Assembly: GCA_051362555.1 (NCBI GenBank)
Contig: CM120644.1
Location: 25,318,534 to 25,382,533, forward strand
Origin: Lingula anatina
Taxonomy: Eukaryota > Animalia > Brachiopoda
Length of the DNA stretch: 64,000 nt
Reading direction: 5' to 3'
The translations under genes were made by a program, and so were the position numbers. Below the pieces are notes generated by a model. It saw only the letters and a list, made by a program, of their open reading frames with translations, was not told the DNA's origin and did no database searches. Positions 25,501 to 37,500 of this stretch are shown here, piece after piece. Each line of letters starts with the position of its first letter. The first letter of the stretch is position 1.

Positions 25501-28500
25501 ATATTTAAGAGATAAAAGCTGTTTGTTGTGGGTAAAAAAAAATGGATTTTCCAAGGGTAAACTACAATTTTTCCCAATTAACCAATGGCTAATGAATCTA
25601 TTCCAACATTCAGAGTTAGTCCATGTGCTATTTTATTACAATCTCTTTTACAATTTCTTAAAAGAAATTATTACAGAGGGTAGCCTTCTATGAAAGTCCA
25701 CGAGGTCTGATGGCAACCTGTTGGTAATAAAATAGAATTTATAACATTCTTTGAGTTATTTAGAATTTATTTAATGTGAATCCCATTCAAACAGTTGATA
25801 TACCTTAAAAACCCTTCCTATTTATTGATCATACTTGTAAAAAACAAATCATGATGCAATTATGTTGATCATAAAACAAAAAAACATTGTTCTTTAATAT
25901 ACAGTATGATTCTTCAATCCACGTCCAACCTGTTGAATGCCAGCATGGAGGAGTCAAGAGAAGTGAATATCACCAACATGACACAACCTGAGGAGATGAA
26001 AGTTCTAAAGGTGACGGATAAGATCAGTTGCCTATCAGTTCTATATTTGTTTTAATTTAAAACTTTATCAGCTGACTGACTGATTTCTTAACCTGGCAAT
26101 TTAACAAACAGTGAAACTGCAACCAAACAACCATCCAGATCAAACAAACAGCCAGCTACATCAACCAAACAACCATCCAGATGAAACAAACAACCTGCTA
26201 CATCAACCAAACAACCACCCAGATCAACCAAACAACCAGCTACATCAACCAAACAACCATCCAGATCAAACAAACAACCATCCAGATCAAACAAACAGCC
26301 AGCTACATCAACCAAACAACCATCCAGATCAAACAAACAGCCAACTAGATCAACCAAACAACCGTCCAGATCAACCAAACAACCAGCAAGATCAACCAAA
26401 TGAATCACCTGCTGTACATTGTATAACATGAAAGAGGAATAGAATTAAAGGATTAAAAACAGTATGCTCTTTGCTTAGACTAAACCAGGCAAATACCTCT
26501 ACCAAAACCAGCAACAACTATCCAACCAACAAACCAACTCCTTATCAAAAGCAAGGAGTTAAAAGTTTGTACCAAACATAACAACGACTAAACCACTTCA
26601 ATCAAGATGTAATGTATTTACTTTTTACTCTTGCAGACCAGATATATAGCAAATAAAGCACTTAGTATCATCAGCACTATCTCAGACACTGTGCTGGCAA
26701 AACAGGTACCAGGAGAGGAGCCCACTGTTCTCGCCACCAAGTCGTTCATTGTCAAGGTGTGTGAACTTTATCAAGAACCCCCTCTCCCCTCCCTTCCACC
26801 CTCTGTAGTCAATCTTAACTATTGTGATAGTGTTAACTGTCACTGTTGTTCTTTGCATTGACCCAGTTTCAATAAAACCCCAGATTAGAATGTTAGTTAC
26901 AGCCACACCTGTCAAATTAAAGGTTTTATTGTAAAATTAAGATACATTTACTTTGTCAAGTAATCCTATGTTAATGACATTGACTTATAGCTAAAATCAC
27001 AAGCAATTTCAAAGTAATATGTTAGCAGGAAAGTTTGTAGAAATTTACAGTAAAAAAAAAAATCAAACCCTTTTATGCAATTGTCCTTTTGTTTGATAGA
27101 GAACAAAAAAAAAAAAAAAAAAAAAAAAACTCAATTTTGCACCATTTTTACTGAGGTTCACTCAAATCAACTTCAAGTCAACCATGACATATAAACCTAA
27201 TGCCATGCTTTATTGTGTTTTAGTGTCAAAAATTAGACCTGGACACAATGAGTAGTTCCCAGCAGCTGCAGGTGCCCCAGGTCAGTCCAGCAGAAGGGGG
27301 GAATGATGAGACACCACCATGTATGGTCGGCAGCTTTGCTTTACCTCCTATACAAAATATGCTTCGTGACGGACATGAGAATGTGTCTGCTTCCATTGAT
27401 TTGCAGGTATAAACATTTTTAATTTGATTTTATTTAGTAACACTTATTTGTTAATTTAACGTCCCATTGCTAATATGCTTACAGTTTTTATGAACATTTT
27501 GAGGGGAAGGGGTTGTAATCAGAGACATCGTTCATGAAATTATATTTCTTTTTATTTCATTTGTTTTACAATCTAAAATTGTCAGATGTTCTACATGCCA
27601 AAGAATCCATTCACCTGGGACGTTTCAGCTCAAGATGTCACCTTTGGCTGCTCTGGTATTGTCATGACTATAGATGGCGCTAGGGTCCAGTTCAACTGGC
27701 TACCAGAACCAATGGATATCTTCATCCCTGTTGGAAGTAAGTTTTTCTATCTAAAAGACATCACATCATGGGTGACTTGTTACTACAAAATATTCCAAGG
27801 GGTTCATTTTTGATTGCACTCTTGACATTGGTCTTTGTTGCTAAATCTCAGATTTACTTTACTTTCTGTCAAAACGCTTTAAACAAACATTTCCATGCTA
27901 TTTATAGAAAACATGAACTGACATGCTGCTAAGTGATCCATTTAGAGTTAACAGGACATGAATGTCCAAATACTGCTAGCAAGTTTGCTGACAGCTTTAG
28001 TTGAGAACAAGTGTACCTGAGATTTGAGCAAAACCATGAAAAAGATTTTAAAAAACTTGATATTTTCATGAACAGTGTTCAACATCAATCCTTGATTCCA
28101 GAGGCTGACGTGAACTGTGATATCACCACCCTCCACCTTGAAGGAGGGACTAATGTAAACGTGGAGGATGTTATTTACTTCAAGTTTGATGCTGAGACCA
28201 ACAAATCACATCAGATCACCATCTGGCCAGCAGACAGTAATGCCACCCTGCAAGTTTACCTAAAAGCCAATGCCAGGCCCAGCAAAGAAGAGGTATGCTG
28301 CTAAATGGGTGCTTTTCTGTACATATGTGACAAAAAAGAACAGTTTTGATATTAATCACACATTTTAAATATTTTTCACACAGAAATATTCTTCCTGTAG
28401 TAATGCAAATGGTCAGTTGTTGAATTTAGTACTTCATACTTTTGTAGGTACTTGATTTTAATGTACAGACACTTTAATTGTTTCTAATTGATTAATTTCC

Positions 28501-31500
28501 CAGATCTTAAACAGCACTACAGTTATCCCTGTTCCCGAAGAGATGCGTTATCGTCATGGCAATCAAAGTGCCAGTGGCTATGTTTTGTTTGTCCCAGAAA
28601 ATGAAACCACTGAAGCAGACACTGTTTATTACATGGGGATCACTTTATTTAATACCAGTGATTCTGGGAACAGTGAGTATGGACATAACAATGATTTTTT
28701 TAATTAGATTTCTGTCAATGAATGTGGCCAATTCTTTGTTTTCTATATTCAGTTATAATACAGTGATTTAAGTTTTTTAAGTTAATTGTAAACTTGGTCT
28801 GGAGTGTACCCTCACCAGAGAGTCTCCAACTTCTGGTCACAGTCCACTCCAGTGCCTGTCTGTACTGCGATATTAACTAACAATTATTACTATGTTACAA
28901 TACCACAGGGCACCTTGATGTTAATGAGAGTGTCCAACTTCTGGTCACAGTCCATTCCAGTGCCTGTCTGTTCTGGGATGAGCAGAAAGAAATCTGGAGT
29001 AGTGAAGGATGTAAGGTAGCTATCATTTTGTTAGCTTCTTTATTTTTAAATATATTAATGAATTGATAAACAAATAAATAAATCCCTTAATGGGAAAACA
29101 CTTATCAGCGTTTCAACATTTTATATAACACATTTTCTTGCATATTTTGTATAAGTTTTTGATCAAAATACAATCAAACTGTTTCTCACCTTGCCAATTT
29201 CTTTCATTATCCAGGTCTCTTTCAGTAGCAGATGTCTACTCCAAACACAATTCAACTTTTTCTCACCTAACACATTTCCCACTTTCTGTATCCAAGTCTC
29301 TCTAACACCTGTTGTTTTCTCCAAACACAATCCAACTATTTCTCACCTAACACATTTCCAAATTTCTGTATCCAAGTCTCTCTAACACCTGTTGTTTTCT
29401 CCAAACACAATCCAACTATTTCTCACCTAGCACATTTCCCACTTTCTGTTTCCAGGTTTCTCCTCTCAGCACAGCTGTCACGTTACACTGTGTCTGTCAT
29501 CACATGACTGTGTTTTCTGGCAGTTTCTCTATTCTGCCTAATGCCATTGATATTGTGGCAGACTCTGCTCTGTTCCTGACTTTACTGGAGAACCCATTGG
29601 TGGTGAGCATTGTGCTGTGTGTATGGGGCATCTACCTGGCAGTTGTTATCTGGGCACGCAAGAAGGACAGGGAAGACCTACTTAAGGTGAGAGAACTTTG
29701 TTTCTGATGTTCAAGATTTCTTGGGATTGAAATTGGAATTAACCATCACTAAGTGAATTTCAAAATAAACCGTTTTTAAATTGTTTGAATCGTGAAATAT
29801 GTGGTAAAAAAAAGGGGGTTAAGCACTCCAGGCTTTGCCAAGTAGATTTACAGGCAATTCTGTATACTTTTTTTGGTAATACTGCAATTGAATTAGACTC
29901 AAATTTGGCATTCCTGTAGCATATATTTATGAAATGAGTTGTTTTCATCTCTGCAGGCTGGAGTGACAGTGTTAGAAGACAATGATCCAGAGCACAAATA
30001 TGGCTACCTAATTACTGTCATCACTGGCTGGAGGACAGGGGCAGGAACCACAGCTAACGTGGGTTGTTTTATAACAGGTAACTATGTCTACCCGGTCACT
30101 GACAGAGACCACAGCTGAAGGGTTTTTGTTTATAAAATGTGAATTTTAATCCTGAACTTTAAAAAATTCCATTCCCATTTAAACTTTTATTGTTGTTTCT
30201 TGTTTTCAATTTTTATTTTCCATTTTAAAGGTGAAGATGGTGAAAGTGACTGTCATGTCCTGAGTGATCCCAGACGTCCAGTATTTGAGAGTGGTGGCGT
30301 GGACAGTTTCCTACTGACCTGTGCCCAGTGCCTGGGTGACCTCGTCTCTGTCACCATCTGGCACGACAACTCTGGAACTGCTCCTGCCTGGTTTCTGGAG
30401 AAGTTGACAGTGAGGGACCTGCAGAGAAATGAGGTGTGTGAGTTCCTGTGTAACCGCTGGCTTGCTCTGGACCTGGACGACTTCTGCATCCAGCGTACAC
30501 TGCGCCCTGCCTCAGTGGAGGAGATGAAGGATTTCTCATACCTGTTCTCCAGTAACAGTGGCTTCAGCATGAGGGAGAAACATCTGTGGGTCAGTGTGTT
30601 CTCTTGTCCACCAAATTGTCCTTTCACAAGAACCCAGAGACTGACCTGTGCTCTGACCCTTCTTCTGACCACCATGCTGACCAATATCATGTTTTATGGC
30701 ATCCCAACTGATGACCCTGAAGACCAATACCAGGTCTGCTTAATTTTTGTTTTCACCAATGTATTTATTATTTTTTGTTTTACATAAGAATAATAAGTAA
30801 CAAGAGTTAATAAGTAATATTGTTGCAGGTGGCTTGAAAATGATTGGTTGTGTTTTTATGTTTGATACAATTATAATGTTGTATTGGTTCATTTATTGCT
30901 TCATTGTATTTGCTGTATTTGAAATATTTTGAACATGTTTGTTGTGGTATTTATGGTTGTGACATATTTTATGGTTGCAGCAGTATCTTTATGGCTGTGA
31001 CATATTTAGGATTCCCCATAGGGGAATACTATTGTTTTTGGTAGTATTATTATTCTTTCTACAGGCCTGTAGCCAGGGGGGGTTCGGGGGGTTCGAAAGA
31101 ACCGCCCCTTTTGCTAGAAAAAGGTCCACTTTGGGTAAAATTTGAACTAGGTACATGAGGTTTTTATGGGAAAAGGTCCACTTTTTTAGAAAAAGAACAC
31201 CCCTTTTGAAAATGCTGGCTACGGGCCTGTTCTACTTTTTTTTTTTTTTTTTTTTTTTCTTTTTTTCGCAAAAAATCTGAAATAATTAGCATAGGTAGCC
31301 TATGGAAAGAATATGCCACAGACCCAGTTTCAGTGACCTTGACCTACTTTTCAAGGTCACAGGGGCTTTTCAAGGCAAAATTTGTAAAATTTGAAATTGC
31401 CATTAGGCCTAAAGTATAAGCCATATGGCTAAGGGCCTTATGGCCAATGATACTGAGCTAAATCCCCAGATAATGACCTACTTTTATGTAAGTAGGTCAA

Positions 31501-34500
31501 GGTCACTAATGGCCAAACTGGATCAAAACAGGTTTGTTTCCGAGATCTCAAAAACTGGAAGACCCAGAGCCCTGGCCCCCGTTTCACAAAAAAACTTAAG
31601 TCGGTTTCCCTGACTTAGGGCTTGGTTACCAATGTAATTAAGTCGTTACGTCACTAAGTCCTGTTTCACAAAGAATCTAAAAGGTCGCTTACGTCGTTTT
31701 TTTCTTAGCTGTAAGTTGACGATGTCAAGCCTCCTCGGGAGGAGACTTAAGTCGGCAAGCTCAACTAAAACTCGGTAAATGAGAGCATAAACAACAAAAA
31801 TTTGGAAAGAACATACCTCCTTCAAGATATTGTGTTATAATATCCTTGAATAGCACTGACATTTATGGCATATTAAAATAAAAAATAAAATTCCACTTTA
31901 CCCAGCCGATCGCGTGTTTGTTTATGTTTTTGACCACTAGACGTCCCTCAGTAGTGTTCCACGACAAGCTAATGTTTAACTGTTACTTTGAAGTTGTATT
32001 GAAGTTAAACTTATCAATAAAGTTCAAAAACAAACTTTGTTTGTGTTTTGGCTGACTTTTATTGTTGATAAATGATCGTTCTTGGCCGAAAGAGGCCATG
32101 AAACGTCATGTCTTGTGAAACTTTTGCAATTTTACACCTCCTTTTCTTGAAGAGTTTCTCGTGCGCGTCGACTACGGTAAGCACGCCAAGCTAAGACGTT
32201 AGATTCTTTGTGAAACACTCCAAGTCGACTTCAGCTAAGTCGACCTAGCTAGGCCACCCAGCTCGAGTAAGACGTCTACGGATTTAAGATTCTTTGTGAA
32301 ACGGGGGCCTGATCTCAGTGGCAAATGATGCCCTATATATTTATCTGAGGTTAGCCAAACTTTCGTAGCGACTGCTTAATAACTTTTTTAAATATAGATT
32401 TTTAACTATTTATGACATTGCAGAAATTGTGACTGGCAATTTCTCCATGAAATACTGGTTTTTGGTCATAGCATGCTATAGTAAACTACCCCAAACATAT
32501 ACCCAAAATCCCCAAATTGTATGTCAAATTTGACCTTGACCCTCATTTTCAAGGTCATTTGGCTATTTCATGGAGAAGTATTGACGTGGGCAAAAAAATT
32601 AATGTTTTGTTGACCCCCCCCCCCTCAATTTGCACATGCTCTTTCAGAATATGGGGTCAAATTTAAGCCATGACCTTCACATGACCTTGTAAGTGCCCAT
32701 TGCCTTCAAGTTCAAAGGTCATTTGCAGGGGAATCCTTCGCCACTTGCTGAAGAGCCAGTTGCAAACTAGTTTATGGTTACAGCTGTATCTTTATGGCTG
32801 TGACATTTTTATGTTTACAGTATCTTTACAGTTGTGTTATTGCATCAGGTGTAATTATATTTGTAAAGCTTTCATCATATGTTTTTAGGAATTTGATTCT
32901 TATCCAATCACATAAATGTAATAATTGACATGCCAGATAAATCACATTCCAGGTGGCAGATTTCCAATTTTCTCTGTCTGACATAATAATTGGTATTGAG
33001 AGTGGGCTGCTGATGTTCCCAGTGAACCTGTTGATAGTGCTGCTATTCAGAATGTGTGCTCCAAGACCTGTAATTATTTCAAGTGAGGATCTCACACCCA
33101 CTATGTCACCCAGACCTGTGAGAATTTCAAGTGAGGATCTCACACCCACTATGTCAGCCAGACCTGTGAGAATTTCAAGGGAGGATCTCACACCCACTAT
33201 GTCACCCAGACCTGTGAGGATTTCAAGTGAGGATCTCTCACCCACTGTGTCACCCAGACCTGTGAGAATTTCAAGGGAGGATCTCACACCCACTGTGTCA
33301 GCCAGACCTGTGAGAATTTCAAGTGAGGATGTCACACCCACTATGTCACCCAGACCTGTGAGAATTTCAGGGGAGGATCTCACACCCACTGTGTCACCCA
33401 GACCTGTGAGGATTTCAAATGAGGATCTCACACCCACTGTGTCACCCAGACCTTTGAGGATTTCAAATGAGGATCTCACACCCACTGTGTCACCCAGACC
33501 TGTGAGGATTTCAAATGAGGATCTCACACCCACTGTGTCACCCAGACCTTTGAGGATTTCAAATGAGGATCTCACACCCACTGTGTCACCCAGACCTCTG
33601 AGAATTTTAAGTGAGGATCTCACACCCACTATGACACACAGACCTCTGAGAATTTCAAGTGAGGATCTCACACCCACTATGTCACCCAGACCTGTGAGAA
33701 TTTCAAGTGAGGATCTGACACTTACTATATCACCAAGACCTGTGAGAATTTCAAGGGAGGATCTCACACCCACTGTGTCACCCAGACCAGTGAGAATTTC
33801 AAGTGAGGAACTCACACCCACTATGTCACCCAGACCTGTGAGAATTTCAAGTGAGGATCTCACACCCACTGTGTCACCAATACCTGTGAGAATTTCAAGA
33901 GAGGATCTTACATTCTCTATGTTAGCCAGACCTGTGAGAATTTCAAGGGAGGATCTCACATTCTCTATGTCACCCAGACCTGTGAGAATTTCAAGTGAGG
34001 ATATCACACCCACTATGTCACCCAGACCTTTGAGAATTTCAAGTGAGGATCTCACACCCACTATGTCACCCAGACCTGTGAGAATTTCAAGTGAGGATCT
34101 CACACCCACTATGTCACCTAGACCTTTGAGAATTTCAAGTGAGGATCTCACACCCACTGTGTCAGACAGACCTGTGAGAATTTCAAGTGAGGATATCACA
34201 CCCACTATGTCACCAAGACCTGTGTCACTGGAGCTGGGAGATGGTACTCAGTTCTCAAAGTCTCAGAGTAGAATTAGGAGAGATGTCAGTCTTCAGGAAG
34301 TCTCAGGGAATCTTAAGGGGGATGATGATCAACAGAAAAGACCATTTGATTGTGTGGCATCAGGAAAGGACCAGATGTGCTCCGTGACAGATAGAAATGT
34401 TGAAGTCACACTTAGTAGTGAACATAAAAATGAGACCAATTCACAATCTGGCAGCAAGGAAGGACCAGGAATTGGTCAGGTATTTGGTCAAGTGGCTGAT

Positions 34501-37500
34501 GACCAACCTGTGAACCCAGAACAGACAGCAGCCAGTGTGGAAAACACTCAAGATGCAGATGTATGCAGTGAGTCACATATTCACCTTGGATGGTCAGACC
34601 ATGACTTTCAGTCGTATGAAGACATCCCACTAATACATCTGGTATGTAAAGTACTAAGTAACACTAACAATCCCATATACATGTTTTCATGTGAATAATT
34701 ACAAAACTTTAAGTATATTCTAATTCCAAGATATAATGAGAATTATTCAAACAGTCCTACTAGCTAGTATATTAATACTATAATATTCTTCAGCAGTGAC
34801 TCTCAGTGACTTATAAATTATTTCTGTAATAAACAAGGAAACATTTTTTTTATGTCAATCAAGCGTCAATCACAGGCCGTCTCTGTGCAATCGGTGGAGA
34901 AAGAAACCAAGGCACCTCTCAGGTAAGTGTTGCAACTTTTTTTATGATTTCTGGTTATCTGTCATGAAGTGTTTATAGTGTTGTAAAGTTAGAAGTACAT
35001 GTAAGAAGCTTTAGGTGTAGTATCTTTAGATATATACAGAAACTTTGTAACTGTCTGAATGTATTCTGATCACTGTCTGTTGCCATCGCCAACATTGGCA
35101 ACATCAATCCCTATAACTATTAATTAAAAGGGTAATTTCATTACATCTTTATAACTTTCTCTTCATCCCAGGCTGCCAGTATGGCACGTGTATCTACATA
35201 GCCTGGGTGTTGGCAGTGTTAACTTGTAGCTTTACTTTGTCTTCAGACTACCATGGTGGTGTATCTACATAGCCTGGGTGGTGACAGTGTTAACTTGTAG
35301 CTTTACTTTGTCTTCAGACTACCATGGTGGTGTATCTACATAGCCTGGGTGGTGACAGTGTTAACTTGTAGCTTTACTTTGTCTTCAGACTACCATGGTG
35401 GTATATCTACATAGCCTGGGTGGTGACAGTATTAACTTGTAGCTTTACTTTGTCTTCAGACTACAATGGTGGTGTATCTACATAGCCTGGGTGGTGACAG
35501 TGTTAACTTGTAGCTTTACTTTGTCTTCAGACTACCATGGTGGTGTATCTACATAGCCTGGGTGGTGACAGTGTTAACTTGTAGCTTTACTTTGTCTTCA
35601 GACTACCATGGTGGTGTATCTACATAGCCTGGGCAGTGGCAGTGTCAACCTGTCTGATCTGTTCTTACTTCACAGCGTTGTATGGACTACGATATGGACA
35701 CACGAAGAGCCTGCAGTGGGTGGTCGCCTTCTTTACAGGGTTCTTCCAAAGTGTGTGTATTACACAGCCAATAAAGGTAAAAAGGAACTTGGTGGGATTT
35801 TGATGCTGGCGTAATCTTTTTAACAGTGTTTTCCAATGTGTAGCATTCCACCTCAAAACACAAGGTAATCTGTTTGCTATCTTGGCACCTGGCTGTCTTC
35901 ACAAAGAATCCCTGTCCTTGGACAGAAGACGAGAGAGTATCTAAACATTCACCCTGTAATTATAAGGTTTATTTTGCAATGTTTTACTTTAATAAATAAT
36001 AATTTTACTTCATCTCAAAAAGTTTTGATTTAAAAAAAAAACCTTAATCAGTAATAACAGTTATCACACATTTCCATATTACAGTTTTGATACAGAATTA
36101 AAGATTAAGTTAATTTAGATACAGTGTAACTGAGCTATTAATGGTCAGATCATTTTTCTTTGCAGGTTCTATTGATTGTACTGATTGTGAGCCTGATCTT
36201 GAAGAAACGGATGGGAGCAGATGAAGGACACAAGATTACACCTGAGGGTAAGGCTTTGTGCCTGTCGGTAAAGTTTTGTACCTGTGGGTAGGGCTGTATA
36301 CCCGTGGGTGGGGTGTGTACCCTTTCAATCTCATAAACACAAAAAGGGTTACCAGTTTTCACAGCATTGTTCTGTTCTGTAGGTTAACTGCTTTTGGCAA
36401 CAAGTCACATCCATCTTCACCAGCATCAACTTCTGTCAGTATCGGCATCACTGCATGTGACATAATATTTAGTTTTTCCAGTTGTTCATAGCTTATCATA
36501 TGGTATACTTAAAGAATTTCTAATATCCAGAAACATACTTTTATATTATATCCAACTTGCAAAATGTACAATATTATGTTATATATGACTATGTATGTGG
36601 CCATGTAAACTCCTAAGAGCAGCTAGTCATCATCAACCATTCATCTTTTTTCCAGTCTGTCCCACAAATCTTTACATCTGGTTGTACCAACATAATTGTG
36701 ATAATCTCAGCTAACACAACCTTAATTAACACTCTCCTCAAAGCCACCCCAGGATTTTAACCTCTGTTGATTTTTTCCACAGCTGAAGATGAGAAATACC
36801 TAGATGATGAAAACATGACTCAGTGGCGAAAGAATCTTCAACGAAAGCGTGCTCAGCATGTGTACAAGCCTCTTCCAGAGCCCGTGGTAGAACACATGCG
36901 CCACATACGGATGAAAGAGAGGAGGATGCATCAAATACTGGTGGAGCTGGTGCTCTACGTGACCTTCACCTTGACCCTGGTATTTGTGACGTATGGCCAC
37001 AGAGACCCCATGGCATTCTATGTGACAAAATCTACAGAAGATATGTTTATCACAGTGAAGTATGCAGATGGCCCAGCCTTTACAGAGGTGAGTTACATGG
37101 TACTGGACATTTCAAGGTACTGAATTGGATTTCTTAAAACTTTGAGTTACAACAGACCAATGGGGATTTCTTTGAACCTTCAGATTCAAAGTAAATTGTA
37201 CTGATTGGGATATTTAATGAACCTATAGATTCGAGGTACTGAGGGAAATCTTGCAAAAACATTAGATTCAAGGTACTAAGGGAAATCTTACAGAAACTTT
37301 AGATTCAAGGTACTGAGGGAAATCTTGCAAAAACTTTAGATTCAAGGTACTGAGGGAAATCTTGCAGAAACTTTAGATTCAAGGTACTGAGGGAAATCTT
37401 GCAGAAACTTTAGATTCAAGGTACTGAGGGAAATCTTGCAAAAACTTTAGATTCAAGGTACTGAGGGAAATCTTGCACATACTTTAGATTCAAGGTACTG

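Larger units (their letters stand above)
31008..32772 (+). mobile_element. Helentron/HINE-like element
   Basis: 5' AGGATTCCCC-ATA-GGGGAATACT; internal TGACCTTGA/TCAAGGTCA motifs; 3' GGGGAATCCT, a short hairpin and CTAGTTT. Confidence 0.65.

Noticed and set aside
26088-26431. Asn/Gln/Pro-rich ORFs as an extra exon
   Set aside because: Arise from a 21-bp minisatellite; flanking exons 25905-26010 and 26637-26756 already join in phase and no convincing splice sites are present.
32826-34205. 459-aa antisense ORF with leucine periodicity
   Set aside because: Shadow of the 48-bp coding repeat; no independent gene signals.
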